From Tubiluchus corallicola (taxonomy: Eukaryota; Animalia; Priapulida): a stretch of 64,000 nucleotides of DNA. This document shows positions 10,984-53,075 of this stretch, piece after piece. The notes under the pieces were generated by a model. The model was not told where the DNA came from, searched no databases, and worked only from the letters and a program-made list of their open reading frames with translations. The translations under genes and the position numbers were made by a program. The stretch is from contig JAQGDQ010000029.1 in assembly GCA_030141605.1 (NCBI GenBank), positions 806,001-870,000 on the forward strand, in the 5' to 3' direction. Numbering within the stretch: the first letter of the stretch is position 1; every line of letters begins with the position of its first letter.

Positions 10984-11676
10984 ATGTTACAAGCATACAA
11001 TTAATTAAATTTTTATACCAAACTTGAAAGACCGAAAATCTGAAAAGGTTGCGATGTAGCTTTGATTTGAAATACAGATCGTCTGCTTACGCTACACTAC
11101 ATTACCCAGTGGTAGTTTAAGGTTCATATTTTCTAGCTAGGTAACGAAATTCAGCATTTCCCATGTTAGACCGCTCATACTAGAATTTATGATTCTAACT
11201 AATCAGATAATTTTATTTGGCTAAAGTTTACAATTTCACACATACAAGAAATTAGTTAGGGAAGCAAATTAGGATAAGGGTTAGAATTAGGATTAGGGTT
11301 AGGGTGGGTTTGAGTTAGAGTTAGTGTTAAGGCTAGGGTTAGGGGTAGGGTATTTAAATTGTGTAGGGATTTATAAACTCCTTCCTTTTATTTTTATTTC
11401 TGGTTAATTTCGAGCCTGAAATTTCTATGGGGGATTAATCCCACACTAGAATCACTCTAGTGTGAGCAGGCTAACATTGGAAATGCTGATTTTGATTTGG
11501 TGTGCTATCGGGGATGAACTTTTTAGTGCTTTGCATGACCACTGGTTTGATATCTGAGGCATCTGTAGTGCAAGCACAAACTACGTGGTTCAAATCGAGG
11601 CTGCCTCCTAACTTTTTCACATTTCCTGTCATTCAAGTTTTGTATTAAAATTTAATGAATTTTGTGTCTGCAACAT
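10984..11676. mobile_element. Nested inverted-repeat (foldback/MITE) element with telomere-like core
   Basis: Outer diverged arms 10984-11113 and 11538-11676; inner 34-bp arms 11151-11184 and 11456-11489 (TCAGCATTTCC(C/A)ATGTTAG.C.GCTCA.ACTAGA); degenerate (TTAGGG)n at ~11256-11350. Confidence 0.75.
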
Positions 11677-12664
11677 GATTGATTAAGTCTATGACAGTTA
11701 TTCTCCTAATATTCTTTTTATTGATTCTTTGATTTGCATTTTTATTAATGTTGTATGACTTGTACCTATCTCACTGGTACTAATCGCACTAGCCAGCTAT
11801 TGCTGCATAACCAACGGCCATGCTGACGTTTTATAGCTGTTTCTCTCATGTTGCTACATGAATGTGGGTGCACTGAGGATTCCTCTTCATCGAATATACC
11901 TAGTATGCTTCTGCTTCTTGTAATTTTACTCTGGACATTACCATTTTACTGCGTTACTCTTGACAGCCACTTATAAATCCAATTTTGCATCACAACACAG
12001 GAATTCGTTACCTGAAAATTGCTTCTTTATTAGCTGCAGTCTCATTTGCTTTGGGAAACGTCACTTTGTATCTTCTGCCACTAGTATATTAGTTCTGAAT
12101 TTAATTCCTCCAGGCGGTTATTCATACAGTTTTCACTGTCCATCTGTAACCTGATTGTTTTATTTGGCAAACACACCACAAACACTTGAATTTTGTTTTT
12201 AATACTGTACTAGTGTGCTGAAACTAATAGCCTACCTACATCTCTGCTAAGCACCAAGTGTTTTTAGCATGGTGTCAATGGTAATATTTTGCACCTTTTG
12301 TCTTTTACCTTGTGCTTTTTTGTGTCTTGCATATTGTGTATTTCTGATTGTGCTATCATTATAAAACTAATGTTTAGTTGTACCATGTGCTTTTCCACTT
12401 TCTTTCACGTGATGCATTGTGCTGTAGTCTACTAAAAAATGACGTATTTCCAATTTGTTTGTTTTGAGATCTTATTGATTGTTAAAGTTCTTATTGTGTT
12501 TTAAAGTTTTTTAATACTATGGGCAGTATTTTTAAGCATTCATCAGAAAACATTTTCGAAAATGTAACTGAGATTCTCGAATTTAGCTGAAAAGCGGCTG
12601 AAAAGCTATAAGATTGCAGGCAAATCATTGACTTCCCAACCTCTATTCTGGACCTGGTGAGGAT

Positions 12665-13760
12665 CCTTATTTATTCATTATTTATTCGTACATAAACGTA
12701 CATTAAAAACAAACACAGACACACGTACATTAGTAAAAGTTACAAATTATGATTAGTTACATATTTACAAAGAAAACATTACACTCAAAATTGTAGAATG
12801 AAAAAAACAAATACAATAAAAAATAAAAAATGACAATATTAGCTTTAAAATTTTTACTCGGGAAATGCCATAAAATTATTTGTATATATTTAGTTCTCCT
12901 TAATTAATGCTAAAATTTCATTTTGTGCATTAATGTTATGAAAAGAGAAATCTCTTGCTTCTATATCATTAGTTTAAAATAGGCTTAGATATCATCAGTT
13001 TAAAATCTACATTGTATCTTTGTCATATATTTTTGACATTATTACCCATGCATGTTAAAATTGAATGAAAACTTTGCTGTGCAAAAAGAGATACCAGCTA
13101 TTAAAGCTATGAAAACATTTATAAAAGAAGTACACATATTTAGCTATAATTTGAATATGGGTCTTTATAACATTGCAATGTGGGGCAGAAAATACCTATG
13201 TGATTGGAAGTTTCCATAACGTTCTCACACGCTTATATTCCACATGGTACAAGTGACATAAATTGGGGGTCATTACATTTCCAACACTGAGAACCATAAA
13301 AACTATGACAATAACTCTGAAATACTTTTTCTCGTAAACTTTGATACAGCCAAGAGAAATTAGCAATTACATTGTTCGTTCTGTAAATAAAATTATTACA
13401 TTTACTCATAATACAATCTGTATCAGTCATGTTATAATTCAGTGAACAGCCAGGATGATCAACTTTATTGCACCAAGTAAGTGGATGTCCGTCAAGAATT
13501 ATACGAGGCATATCATTGTAGATACATACTGAGCTTTTTTAAAAAACAATCTATTTGTTCTTGTTCTTGATCTTATTACATTGTACATTAACAAATATGA
13601 TACTATATTTAGAAACATAAGCCTCACATATTTTTAATATTTCTCGCAATGCGTTAACACTAGGTGCAAGCAAAGCCAGGTCATCAGCATAAGAAAGAGC
13701 GCCACTATACATGTTTCCTACATAACACCCAAAGTTCAATTTTGATTTTACTGTACGTCC
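12665..13760 (-). mobile_element. Degenerate 3' portion of a LINE (RTE-X-like RT)
   Basis: GCYVGNMYSGALSYADDLALLAPSVNALREILKICE and LDGHPLTWCNKVDH.G..YCHSFYGSQCW; (AATA)-like tail near 12670. Confidence 0.8.
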
Positions 13761-14199
13761 AACCGTTAGAGACTGGCACATATTAGTGAAAAGGGTGGTG
13801 GAACCAAGATTAATAACACTACTTGTATGCAAGCAAAAATATCACTGAACAAGTCTTTTTTGTCATACATTTGCTAACCATTGCACACCAAAGCCTGTGC
13901 ATCTTTTTTTCTATTTGTTCAATTTCTTACCTGTACATCTGCATTACACATATAAATTCATAGGAAGGGGACTCAAGAGGCATAAAAATGAAAAGAGGGC
14001 AAAAGAAGAATATAACATGTTTGAATTTAGCATCAGCAAGTTTTAACAACATCAAAAAAGAAACCAAAAGATTTCGGACAAATTTCTTGCCGTGACATGT
14101 GCCATTTATCTCAACAATTTCCTTTTGAATTTTTCACCCCAATTTCTTTTTCACATAAAATTATCATAAAGGAAACGTGCAGTTTGCAAAATACTTAAT

Positions 14200-17100
14200 T
14201 GTATTGTGTAACTATGACATGCAATCCTAGATGGCATGGGGAATGATTTTTATCAAGTGTTCTGCTGTTCATATTTGCCTATTACTCCCTAATACTCAAG
14301 GCAAATCAGTTTCTTACTTTGCAAGTTGCTCAACTAATGTTAGGTCGCTGTCTCCATATAAGCTGGATATGATTTTTTTCAGATCTGCAATACCTGGATT
14401 CAGTATAATGTACTTCCAGTGGAAAATTAGACTAACAGATCATTTTAAATCCATTATTTATTTGCTTCTGAGTAATCTTGTGCATTTTTGCCATGTGAAT
14501 GTATGAAAGGTTTGAACGTTGCAGATAAATGAAATGCAGTATTCTTTTTCTGTCTGGATTTGACAACACTATTCCATTAGTAAATTTGCTGCCACTTTTT
14601 CGTTCTTCACCACAGTAGCTACTAGTTTATCAAAAGGAAGTTTAGGCGGATGAAATATTTAAGCTGAATCCTCCAAGTAGTTTTGCCATGCAAACAAGCT
14701 GTTCTGGATGATTTGGTTGAATGAATGACAGTTGCGCATAGGAAACCCTTTCGAAAACTGCGCTGTATGCGCCATTTACCTATTGAGTTGGGAGTTGCTG
14801 TTGCAGTTCTCGCATGCTCCAGTAATTGTTATTTCAATCATCTATGCTTTGCAGTTGCTGTCAGCTACAGAGAATTGTGCAGGCCGGCAAACAAATAAAT
14901 ATAACGAATGATCAAATATCACACATTAGTGCCAAAAATAGTCTCTTATCGCTCTCACCTGATCACGTTTTATATAATGAAGACGTCGCGCACGGCTTCC
15001 TCATGAAGTTAATGAGAACGTATCGTGGAAATGTTAGCGGCTGTGAAATGATCTTGTGCATTTTGCTAATTTGTCTATAATTACAACAGGCACTTGGCAC
15101 CGTATTAATTATAATAAATTTAATCATATATTAGCGACATTGGCTGAAATTGTCAAATTCAACTTATTGATACCAATATTCGATAAATAAGGAATATGTT
15201 TCCTCAGCGGTTGACAATGATAACAGGTCTTCTTGATAGTGCATATTACTGAATAAATACCAGAGCGCTTTGGTATAAACTTAAGAATATAAGTAGCATG
15301 CAGCCCATGCTGCAGTACGACATGCTCTGTGAAAGTGGTGTGTTTATTTGAAATCTGGAGCCAGTTGATAACCTACGTAATTAGTTTGGTGAACTTTAAC
15401 TTTTTAAAGATGTTTTATACCTACCCCAGTATCAGGTTGTCCTTAAATGCCCCAGCTGTAGCAACTTAACTTGCTGACATGCGGTAAGACAGTTGTAATA
15501 GGCGATGAACGGTCTATTGTTTTACGTGAATCTGGCATTAATATCTTCATTAGTTGCAGGTAAACCTTCAACGGCTAAGCAAACAAAGCGCACTGAAAAT
15601 TGTCTTTCAAACCATGGACAGATAAATTTGACAATTTGTGAGTTTTGAATAGCCTACTGTTATTTTTTTATTGAAACTAAAAGTGCTGGAGTAATCCAAG
15701 GCTTTGAGGCAGTTTGTGTTTCTTTACCAATTAGGATTTTGAGGTTGTTTGCGGCTATTAGTAAATTCTCGCAAAAAGTCAGTCTTGTTTCTTAAAATTA
15801 CACTGTCTCGTACAACTTTATTGGTTTTGAATGTTGTTTTACAATATAGAAATTAGGCAAGTGAATCTGTGACTTCATCCAACACTTTGGCAGACACAAT
15901 ATATAGACTCAATATATGGCAGACAATGATTATTGGCATCAAGGTTTTAACGTATGGGTTATATATTCTTGTTGCACGCGTGCTAATTGGCATAGAAAAT
16001 TGAGAAAAAAAACATGGAAACATAGTCAGAGATACTGTTTCTTCTGTAAGTGCGGCAAGTTAATATTTATATTATCACAAATATAACAAGTACGTATATC
16101 CAGAAGAACTAGTCATGAGTATGTGTTATGCTGAAATGGAGCCACATCTGTTTTACGATGTCTGTAGATGACTTCAAAAATTATAGTTTTTGATCTCGTT
16201 TCATAACAGAAATTACAAAAGATAGCTTATTGATTGACTTTACACAACTTTGTAAATGTGACACACATAGTGATAACTAATAAGGTCTAGATGCCAATTA
16301 CTTAGTAATAGGGGAACAAGAAAAACTATGATGTCACCTGGAAATTACCTGATCACATTACAAGAATCTAGTTAAATCCTTCTCTGACTTTATTTCAACT
16401 ATCTCAGAATTTTACATTTGTTCTTGTTTCTTGAGCCTAGGCATTTTGGTACAAATCCTTTATATAAATAGATAAGCTTTTAGTCTTTGTTTTGTTCTTG
16501 TGTAAATGTCATCCCATACTGAACGTCCAGGAACTTTAGCTATGATTGACGGATGTGCTCTTCCAAAATTATTAGGCAAACGATGTGAGTGATCTTCATA
16601 TTAAGTAGTCTAGCTATGTGACAAATGATTTTGTCCATTTTCTCATTTTGAGTTGATGGGATTCCCGAAAATGGGAGTGTCGCACTTTTTGTATAACTTT
16701 GTAGAGTCCAGTTCACTTTTCATTGTATCAAGCTTCTTATCTAATTCACTTACAGTATTTTTCCAAGCTTGGTTTATTGGTCTTAATCTCCTCATGCTTT
16801 GAAGTGATAAAGTCTTATCTGCCTTTGACACTTTTTACCTCTTTCTTAACAGTATCAGGATCGTGTCACACATGTCTGCAGAACTGTAGAACTGTAGATA
16901 GCTTAATACTGATCTAGCTTCCATATCTAAAGAGCTTGCTGACATGGATGTGTCTTATAATGGATTGTGGGCTGTGTCTTATAATCAGAAGACATAGGTT
17001 GAAATATGCTGCAATTGTGCTGTATCATGCTTGTGTTGGTGGGAAGCACCGTTTGGAACCTTGGCGAGTGTTTTTGCATTATGTTGACTACTCCAGGGTA

Positions 17101-17535
17101 TACCTGAGACCTTGTAGTGCTCACAATTTTTCAATGTTACAGTAGTGGTAGCTTTAGGCTGAATCATTCCCAAATTGCTTTCAGGCATAACTGTACCAGA
17201 ACTGGCTAACTCAATGTCAGAGTTATGAACATACCCTTGGATGGTATTGATGGATTAGTTTGAGATTTTATCTCTTGAATGTTGTCATCACTAGCCTGTT
17301 GATGAAGACCAGTAGATACTGACTGTACCATCATGTTGCACATTCTGCAGCAGCTCTGAAATCATCTCAGTCGTACCTTGTTGTTTGTTTTCTCTATGCT
17401 TCCATTTTGAATTTGCAAGCCAGTTATAGGCTACATGTAGACTGTTTACCATGGTGTATAATCAAAATTTTTAGAAAATATATGTTGCAACAAAATTACG
17501 AGTTACTTTTCCAACACGGGAAGTCTTCTCCAGAG
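14200..17535 (-). mobile_element. Highly decayed near-full-length CR1-group LINE (ORF1, endonuclease, RT in order)
   Basis: Minus-strand remnants in the expected order: coiled-coil ORF1-like segment (~16600-16850), decayed SDHLP-like endonuclease end (~15860), SKPWITPALL (~15700), FRKGF (~14750). Boundaries are approximate. Confidence 0.55.
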
Positions 17536-18819
17536 CATTATGCACGCTAAAACCTAGATACTACAGTCAACATCCTATGCCATAGATTGTGTTATATAGC
17601 TAATTATTACACATTTTGGCCACCACCTTCAAATTTTAAACAAGGTGTTGTCATAAGTGTTTTTTGCATCAAATATGGATTACTTGATCTTGAAAGTCTA
17701 CATTTAGATGCCAAAATCATTATCTTATCTGTTCTAACAGTTAACGATTATCTTTCAAATGGTGGCCATGTTGGAGGATTTTCGATTGGCCCCACATCCA
17801 AAATCAACCGTCTTGGTGGTTCTTTTAGACAAAATAAGCAATTTTTCACCATTCTGTTCAACCTCGTGAATAGTTGTGAACTTGGTGGACATTTTATTTT
17901 TTGTTTATTAGACTTGTCTTTTTTGCGTCTTTATTTGTTGTTTATTGTTTGTTTTTTATTGTAAATCTTTAAATAAAACCGCTAATTAATATAATTGCAT
18001 GATCAGCAATAATTTGTTTTGTGTGGTAATCATTTTGAAAATAGCGGCTATTTTTGAAATAAAAGTAACAGAAATTACGGTCGCTTAGGTTCAACTACCC
18101 TGGCATAGATGTCATAATCACTTCTTAATGTTAAATTTCTCTTGATTTTTGTTGTTTCTACAAAAACTTTTTGCATTTTTGACCTTTTCCATTAATTTTT
18201 CAAGCTGGCAACAGTTTTTTCAGCTTCAGCATAGTCAAATTGATAAGACTAGCTTTATGTTGTCCGCTTTCGAAAAAATGCCCCAACTTTTCAGGATTTT
18301 CTTTTAGTTTGTTATTGCTGTTCTGATGTAATTAACTTGAAACTGGTGAATAGATGTCTCCACACCGGTGGTTTATTATACCGCACTCTGGGGAGTTTCA
18401 AAGGAAGCTGTCAATAAATAATACGTAGAGCGGTTGTTCACGTCTGAGGATTGAATACAATCATATTGCGTTTTGCACTTGCTGGAATTAGGCAATGTTT
18501 TGTGTTATATCATTTTCAACTTTTTGTTACCAGAAAATTTTGTTGCTCTGTTTGTATTACTAGATGTTTTGTGGCTTTGGCCTTCCTTTCGGTTGTTTCT
18601 TTCCTGTGAAAGGGACTTTTTAATGGGTTATCGGTTGAACAAGATATCTTCACTTGGACCGACCAAATTAGCTGACCTTAGCCAAATTGAATCGCAGTAA
18701 TAATATTATATTTTGCTGCCTAGAAAAGAAAAGGAACAAATTATATGCAGATGGTGGCTGTGTTATGTGTGTGGTGTTATAGCTTAAAAATAAAATAAAC
18801 AAATGAAATTCTGTGCGAC

Positions 18820-19045
18820 AAAATCACTGAGATTCTGAGTTCGAATCCCATTCATGTTGTGGCTCTTTCGCGCCATGTTGAATCAGGCCTCTCTGGCCTC
18901 CTTCCAAGGTCGACTCACCCTTAAATTAGCACTCAGCAATGTATTGGGGAATGAACAGTAGCCGAGCGTGAGGCAGACACCTGTGCTTGTGTGCCGAGGC
19001 TACAATAATAGATGCCGTCTAGCGTTTTTTCTTCTTCTTCTTCTG
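18820..19045 (+). mobile_element. tRNA-derived SINE, probably with Nin-type central domain
   Basis: B box GAGTTCGAATCCC (~18837); GGTCGACTCACCCT..GGGGAA..GCCGAGCGTGAGGCAGACACCT..GTGCCGAGG resembles the Nin domain as I recall it; (TTC)n tail. Confidence 0.55.
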
Positions 19046-19481
19046 CCACAAAAAACACAAAGGAACTACAAAAACATTAGCAGCAGCACTATAGCCGTGC
19101 CGACAATTACAACAACAGCACAACCACTCACTTTCCCACTGCAATAATCTGGTTTATAGTTGATTGATTTTAAATGTTGCGGCACCCAGCTTTGTCTGAT
19201 CAACTTCGTCTGATTAGATAAGCGCCATTAAACGTTTTATGCAGTGACCGAGTGTTTATTGCAGCATTAAAACTCTTGAATGTAGTTATCCTGTAGTATG
19301 AAGATTAAACTTAGTGGGTGGTTGTAGTTTTTCAGAATAGCAAAATAGTGCAGTGCTTCAAATGAACACTTAAGATGAGCAAACAACTATGTCCTGAAAA
19401 ATTGCACACTATTGAACACTGACCTCCTCCCCCCCATGCATCTGTCACACAATTTCTAGCTGGTTTATCTTCTGTCCCTTT

Positions 19482-19483
<2 letters not shown>

Positions 19484-19535
<52 letters not shown>

Positions 19536-19760
19536 TTTCTCCCTCTCTCCACCCTCTCTCTCCCTCCCTCTTTTCTTCTCTCTCTCACTCACTCACTCAC
19601 TCTCTCTCACTCACTTTCTCTCTCTCTCTCTCTCTCTCGCTTGTGTCTCACACTTCTTTCTTGCTCTTCCTCCCTCTTTTCTTCTATCTCTCACCCTCTC
19701 TTTTTCTCCTTCTCATTCTCTTTTCCCCCTATGTTCCTGTCTCTTGCCTCTCTCTGCTAT
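19484..19760 (+). repeat. (CT)n microsatellite extending into a ~280-bp polypyrimidine tract
   Basis: Pure (TC)n at 19484-19531, then CT/CACT/CTT-rich. Explains the spurious ER/SL-repeat ORFs. Confidence 0.95.
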
Positions 19761-20139
19761 TCTACTTCGCTACTTTTTATAGATTAGTTTCCTTTTATTT
19801 TTTCCATTTCATCCTTCTACTTAAGTTTCTTCCATTTCCTATTAAACTTACATTACCATCTTGCAAAGACAAAAGATAAATAACCTTTCACTAAAAATTA
19901 TTGTTTCCACTTCCTGATGCTTTACGGTAGATAATTTATGATTGAAAGCATTTGTAGCTTGAATCATTGTAACTATAATACTGTTGAAATTGTAAATACA
20001 TATCACACTTCTTGCTTGTGTTCGCTATTACACTTATTTCAGTATCCCAAATAATTTAAATTTGCTTCATATGCATCTAGGAATGCCTTGTGACTGTGAT
20101 CCAGAAACTAATACCAGTTAACGACATTACATCTTTACA

Positions 20140-48419
<28,280 letters not shown>

Positions 48420-51400
48420 TGAGTACATTTTGCAAGTCTTACAAGACAAGGAAAAGACTTCAGCAGCTTTCGTGCAATGCCAAGAGTATTCCTAAATTTA
48501 TTGAGTACAGCCTGAGTACTGCTCAGTTTTAAGCAGTAGTTGCTTATAGTTGGAAATTATTGTACAGTTATCAGTTTCTGGTAAGCAGCACATTGCCATG
48601 TTCTTTATACTATGACACTGAAAATAAGCAGTTTAAAATTACAATCCCTTGCAGTGGTTTATAGTTTTCAACTATAGATGGTGTCATTGTTGTCACAGTC
48701 TTTGTCAGGGCCAAGCATTATGATACTTACTCATAAGATGTGTCGACAAATCTGCATTGTTAAGTTACGCCAACCAAATAATCGTAAATTTGAGGTATAA
48801 GATATGTATTATGTAGTAATTTTGTTAAAAACAAACCTTGTATTTGCAGCCAGTATTACAGAAACAATAATATCATTGTAAGCAGACATTTTTAGCATTT
48901 TTATGGAGTTTCACTTTTGCTGATATTTTTGGACTATATAGTTATTTAAAGGATTTTGAAGTGTACATATGTTATAAGGTTAAATACCCAAATACTATCA
49001 ATGTATAAAAATGTTAGCGTAAAACAGAAACAGGAAACCAAAACATTTTTAATGAGTATTTATTTTGCTGTATATAAAGTGATATATTTTATCATAAATT
49101 TGAATGTTATGAATTTTAGCAACATCATTTCTCAAATTTCAGTAATCGTTTTCACTTTCATAGTAATGATACTAACTTATATGTGTGCTTGCAAACCAAA
49201 ACCGTCCATAAGTCGGCATACTTAAAACTACGTTATGATGATTCAAAGTAGAATGCACCAAAAATTTGGTCGGATGTCAATTTTTTGTTTTTTATAATCA
49301 AATGTATTAGACTTTTACATTCTAGCATCAAATTATGAAGAAAATGTTCAAAAAATACTAAAAATCTAATTTTATTACCCTGTTCTCACTTTTCAGGCTA
49401 GAAACTAGTACTACTATTGTGAAAAACTTGTATTTTCAAACTAGTACTTTATGGAAGCAATCATTTTGCTTCAGTTTTTTTCTGTTGGCAAGTCCAGATC
49501 TTCATCAGAAAGAGCCTTCTACTGGATTTAAACATATCATCAATGTGTTCTTGCAAAGTGCATAGCAACCAACATCTGTGCGGTTGCTAAGTGTTTTGTA
49601 GAAGTGCGACAAAAAACAATGACTAATTTTAACGATGAGCTTGGCATCAAAATGATCCTCATGAAATGGAATTTCAGAATTTGTGAACAACTAGAACAAC
49701 TTAATTGCTGACTAATGGACGATTTTGATGTGCAAGTACACATATTGTAGTTCTAAAATATTTCATGAGTGCATTACTTTTAGCACCCACAAAATAAATT
49801 TTGGCTTATAACATGTGTCCTGTAAACTTCAGTTGCTGTTTAGAATAGAGCTCAGAATAACATTTTGAGGATTGATTATTTTGGCTTATTTGATTGTTTC
49901 TTTATTTGTAATTTTAGTTTTATTTGTGACTTTTCTGTTCCTTCATTGTCTATAATTTCTGAAAAATTTCCCTTTAAGCCCTCCCCCAACATTATTTTTA
50001 CTTGAATATGAGAACTAGAAGAAGGTCAGTATTGATTTTTTTTCAATTTCGTAGCGTATTGCAAAAATAACTGTTTATAACTAAATTGGAATTAAAATGC
50101 TAGTTAAAGCTGGTGTTTCACTCATTGTATAGTAATTTCGTTTTTTTCTGTTTGGACATTATTAAGAATAGAAACTGTTCTATTGGTCTTTGTTTTATTT
50201 ACTAAATTTTATTATCTTTGTAATTATAAGTTGCCCATATGTGTCTCGTAAGGTATGAAATTTGTTGACCATTAGGATACCTGCTCATACACTCTAATAA
50301 TAATTATCATGTTTCCAAAAGTTTTTGTTTCTACCAATCCACTTTTTTCTGTTTAATCTATGGCTTGTCATCAGTAATTGTCAATTTGTTTTTCTTTTTT
50401 ATTTGTAAGTTTGTTTCCAGCTTCTCTCTTATAAACTTATTTATTTATTCAGTCATTTACATGTACAGTATTCATTTTTGCTAGTTATTTACTGTTTTAT
50501 TTATTTATTGTTTGTTTATTCTTTATTTTTTCAGTATACCATTCAACTGACATTTAACGTAGTTTAATTACAAAATTAATATAAGGCTTAGCGGCCTTAG
50601 CCTGTACAGTGTTGACTGGAGATTGACTCATTTATGTGATAAGTGATGGTTACACAGGGCAACAGAGTTTATCCCTCCTCGGGCTTCATTGTCATACAGT
50701 TACTTACATCTCTTTGTAAAGAATGCCATTCATGCAGTATTAAAAGAGGCTTCTAGATTTGCGCCAGTTTCCCCCATATATATTTTTTGCACTATACCAC
50801 TAATGTTAATGCATTAGTGAACGTAATTTGTACAAACATTATTGATAAAATTTTTCTTATTATAAGTTTAGGACCTTCATAATATACATTATATCATATA
50901 TGTACATTCAATATATGCACTCATAAAATTATTTGAATCATATTAGTTTTAGTTCTTACCTTGTTTATTAATAATTTATTGTAGGTCTATTTGTGTGTTC
51001 TACAATGTTCTACAAGTGCATTTGAAAGGAGCCTACATACCAAATAGGCTGCCTGAAATGAAAATGTGGCAAAGGTTTTCCTAACCTAGCAGTTTGTTTA
51101 ATTTGTAACTAGCCTCATGTCATGTAACCAAAGTCTTGAACAGACTTAAAAGTGAAGTGGATGGATCTCAACTTTCTCAAAACTAGTCATTTTTAATTGT
51201 GTCATAATGTATGGTAACATCTGCTTTTGCGTATTATAAATTATGTGCAAGTGAGTAAAGTAAATTTCTTGTTACAACACAAAGTAATGTCTATGAATTT
51301 TTATTAACAGTTATTCATTGTTGGTAGTTGCTTTAATATTATTTTCTTGAGCAATCTTAAATTTTAACAAACTGTGCAACCTCACTTATGCATAAGCTCC

Positions 51401-52488
51401 ACAAAATATAACAGTCTGCACCTGATCTTATTTCTTATTATAGTGGTACAAGAAAAGGGATTTGTAATAACCAGTTTCTCTTGTTTGTACTCATAATATA
51501 AAATTAGACTGTTTTACTTGTCGACCATTAAAAAGTGTCTGTTAAATAGCATTTTGCTAACAGGATACAAAAACATTGAGTAATAGTACAGAAAAACTTA
51601 TTGCTTGAACCATACCCGAATGATCAAAGGCTGTACACGTAAAATGCACATTGCACAGTTAAGTTTTCACACTAAATACTAAACTATGATGAATTCATAT
51701 TCTTAACTGAATGAGCAATACTTTGATGCTATAAATTATTTTGGACTGTGTTACAAGTTCTTTTTGTATTCCCCTAGCACAAGATTATGTCACACACTGT
51801 AAGGGCTACATAACTAGTAAAACAGTTTACTTTTATGTGATAGTCCCACAAAAACTGCAAATGTGATGAAAAAACCATAGTAATTATTACCAACAGATAC
51901 GTTAATGCTACCTGCAGGTATGCATGGATTACCATACTGCTGTAACTGAATTTCAATGGTCTTATCTCCATTCATCATAATTATGAATTGAAACGAACAT
52001 ACAATTATAACAGGCCAATCCAGAACTATTTTACTTACGGGTACGTGGCTGATGCCATTCTGAACATTTATCATACATATCAATGCATGTAAGTTAGGAA
52101 TCCAACCTTGTAACACGAAAAATGCTGTTGTAGAGAGATGGTTTCCAGCTCTTCTGGTTTACCTCAAATAGACAAAAGAAAACAGTACAAAATTAACAGC
52201 TAGGCGAACAGTGATATTCCAGGTACCAGCAATTAAACTATCCTCATCAATGTGTACATTTTACAAAATAAATCAATAAAAGGATTTCTTTAGCAAAATG
52301 CAACTGTTAAAAAAATCCCTAACAATTACTGTATTTTCTCAAAACAGGCTGGGCATGTAAAGTACGATTCTTGCACAATCCTATCTACAATCAAATCTAT
52401 AGCAAAATAGTTCATAATTCTGCAGTGTCAAATGAAATGACACACTTCTAAAGTTTCTGTACATTTTATTGAGCCTTGAGCTCAATAT

Positions 52489-52919
52489 TAGGGGGTGAGC
52501 ACTCTCTACCAGAAAGCGCATTCGAATCGCATCAAATTTAAGTGTTTCAAACGTTGTTCAAATGATGTTTCAAACGTTTTAATGATAAAGAACAATGGTT
52601 GAAGTACTTTTACCATTAGATTACCATAGATCGACAGGATGAAGCCTAGAAATAGGCTTTTTGCCCATAGTTGTCTCTCTGTTAAACCTCTGTTTTAAAT
52701 GTTTTATCACACGTTTTCTCTCTCGCATTTCACATTCATGTTATCTCTCATGTGGAAGTGGGGCAGTTGTCGTAGTATGATGAGGAAAGCAAGGTCAATG
52801 GTGAAAAATGATGCCGAGCAAAAAGGGGATGCTGAGTTATTCGAATCTATGATTTTAGGCTCGAATCGAATTTAAACCAAAAAAACTCGTTCGAACTCGA
52901 ACGTTCAATGCTCACCTTA
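52489..52919. mobile_element. hAT-like MITE just upstream of the ASB gene
   Basis: TIRs TAGGGGGTGAGCA / TGCTCACCTTA; TSD CTCAATAT / CTCAATTG (6 of 8); TCGAAT/TCGAAC subterminal repeats. Confidence 0.65.
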
Positions 52920-53075
52920 CTCAATTGATAATATACACTTGGTGTCTGACTCTCTACATTAAGAAGCACTTCGTAAAATAAAGTCCTTTGACATTTTCAA
53001 CTTTGTCTTTCTTGTGACTTTTCAGCTGCACTGCTTTTTAGTTTTAATGTTTTCGGGAACACGTGAAACCGTGAA

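Noticed and set aside
11256-11350. True telomere or chromosome fusion site
   Set aside because: Short, degenerate, single orientation and enclosed by TIRs.
18436-18475. Possible third hammerhead (CTGAGGA followed by a small hairpin)
   Set aside because: No GAAA or cleavage triplet; too decayed to support.
19332-19879. ER-repeat and SL-repeat ORFs
   Set aside because: Translations of the (CT)n tract.
52777-52836. C/D box snoRNA (ATGATGA..CTGA)
   Set aside because: Inside a hAT-like MITE, intergenic, with no terminal stem or recognisable rRNA guide.
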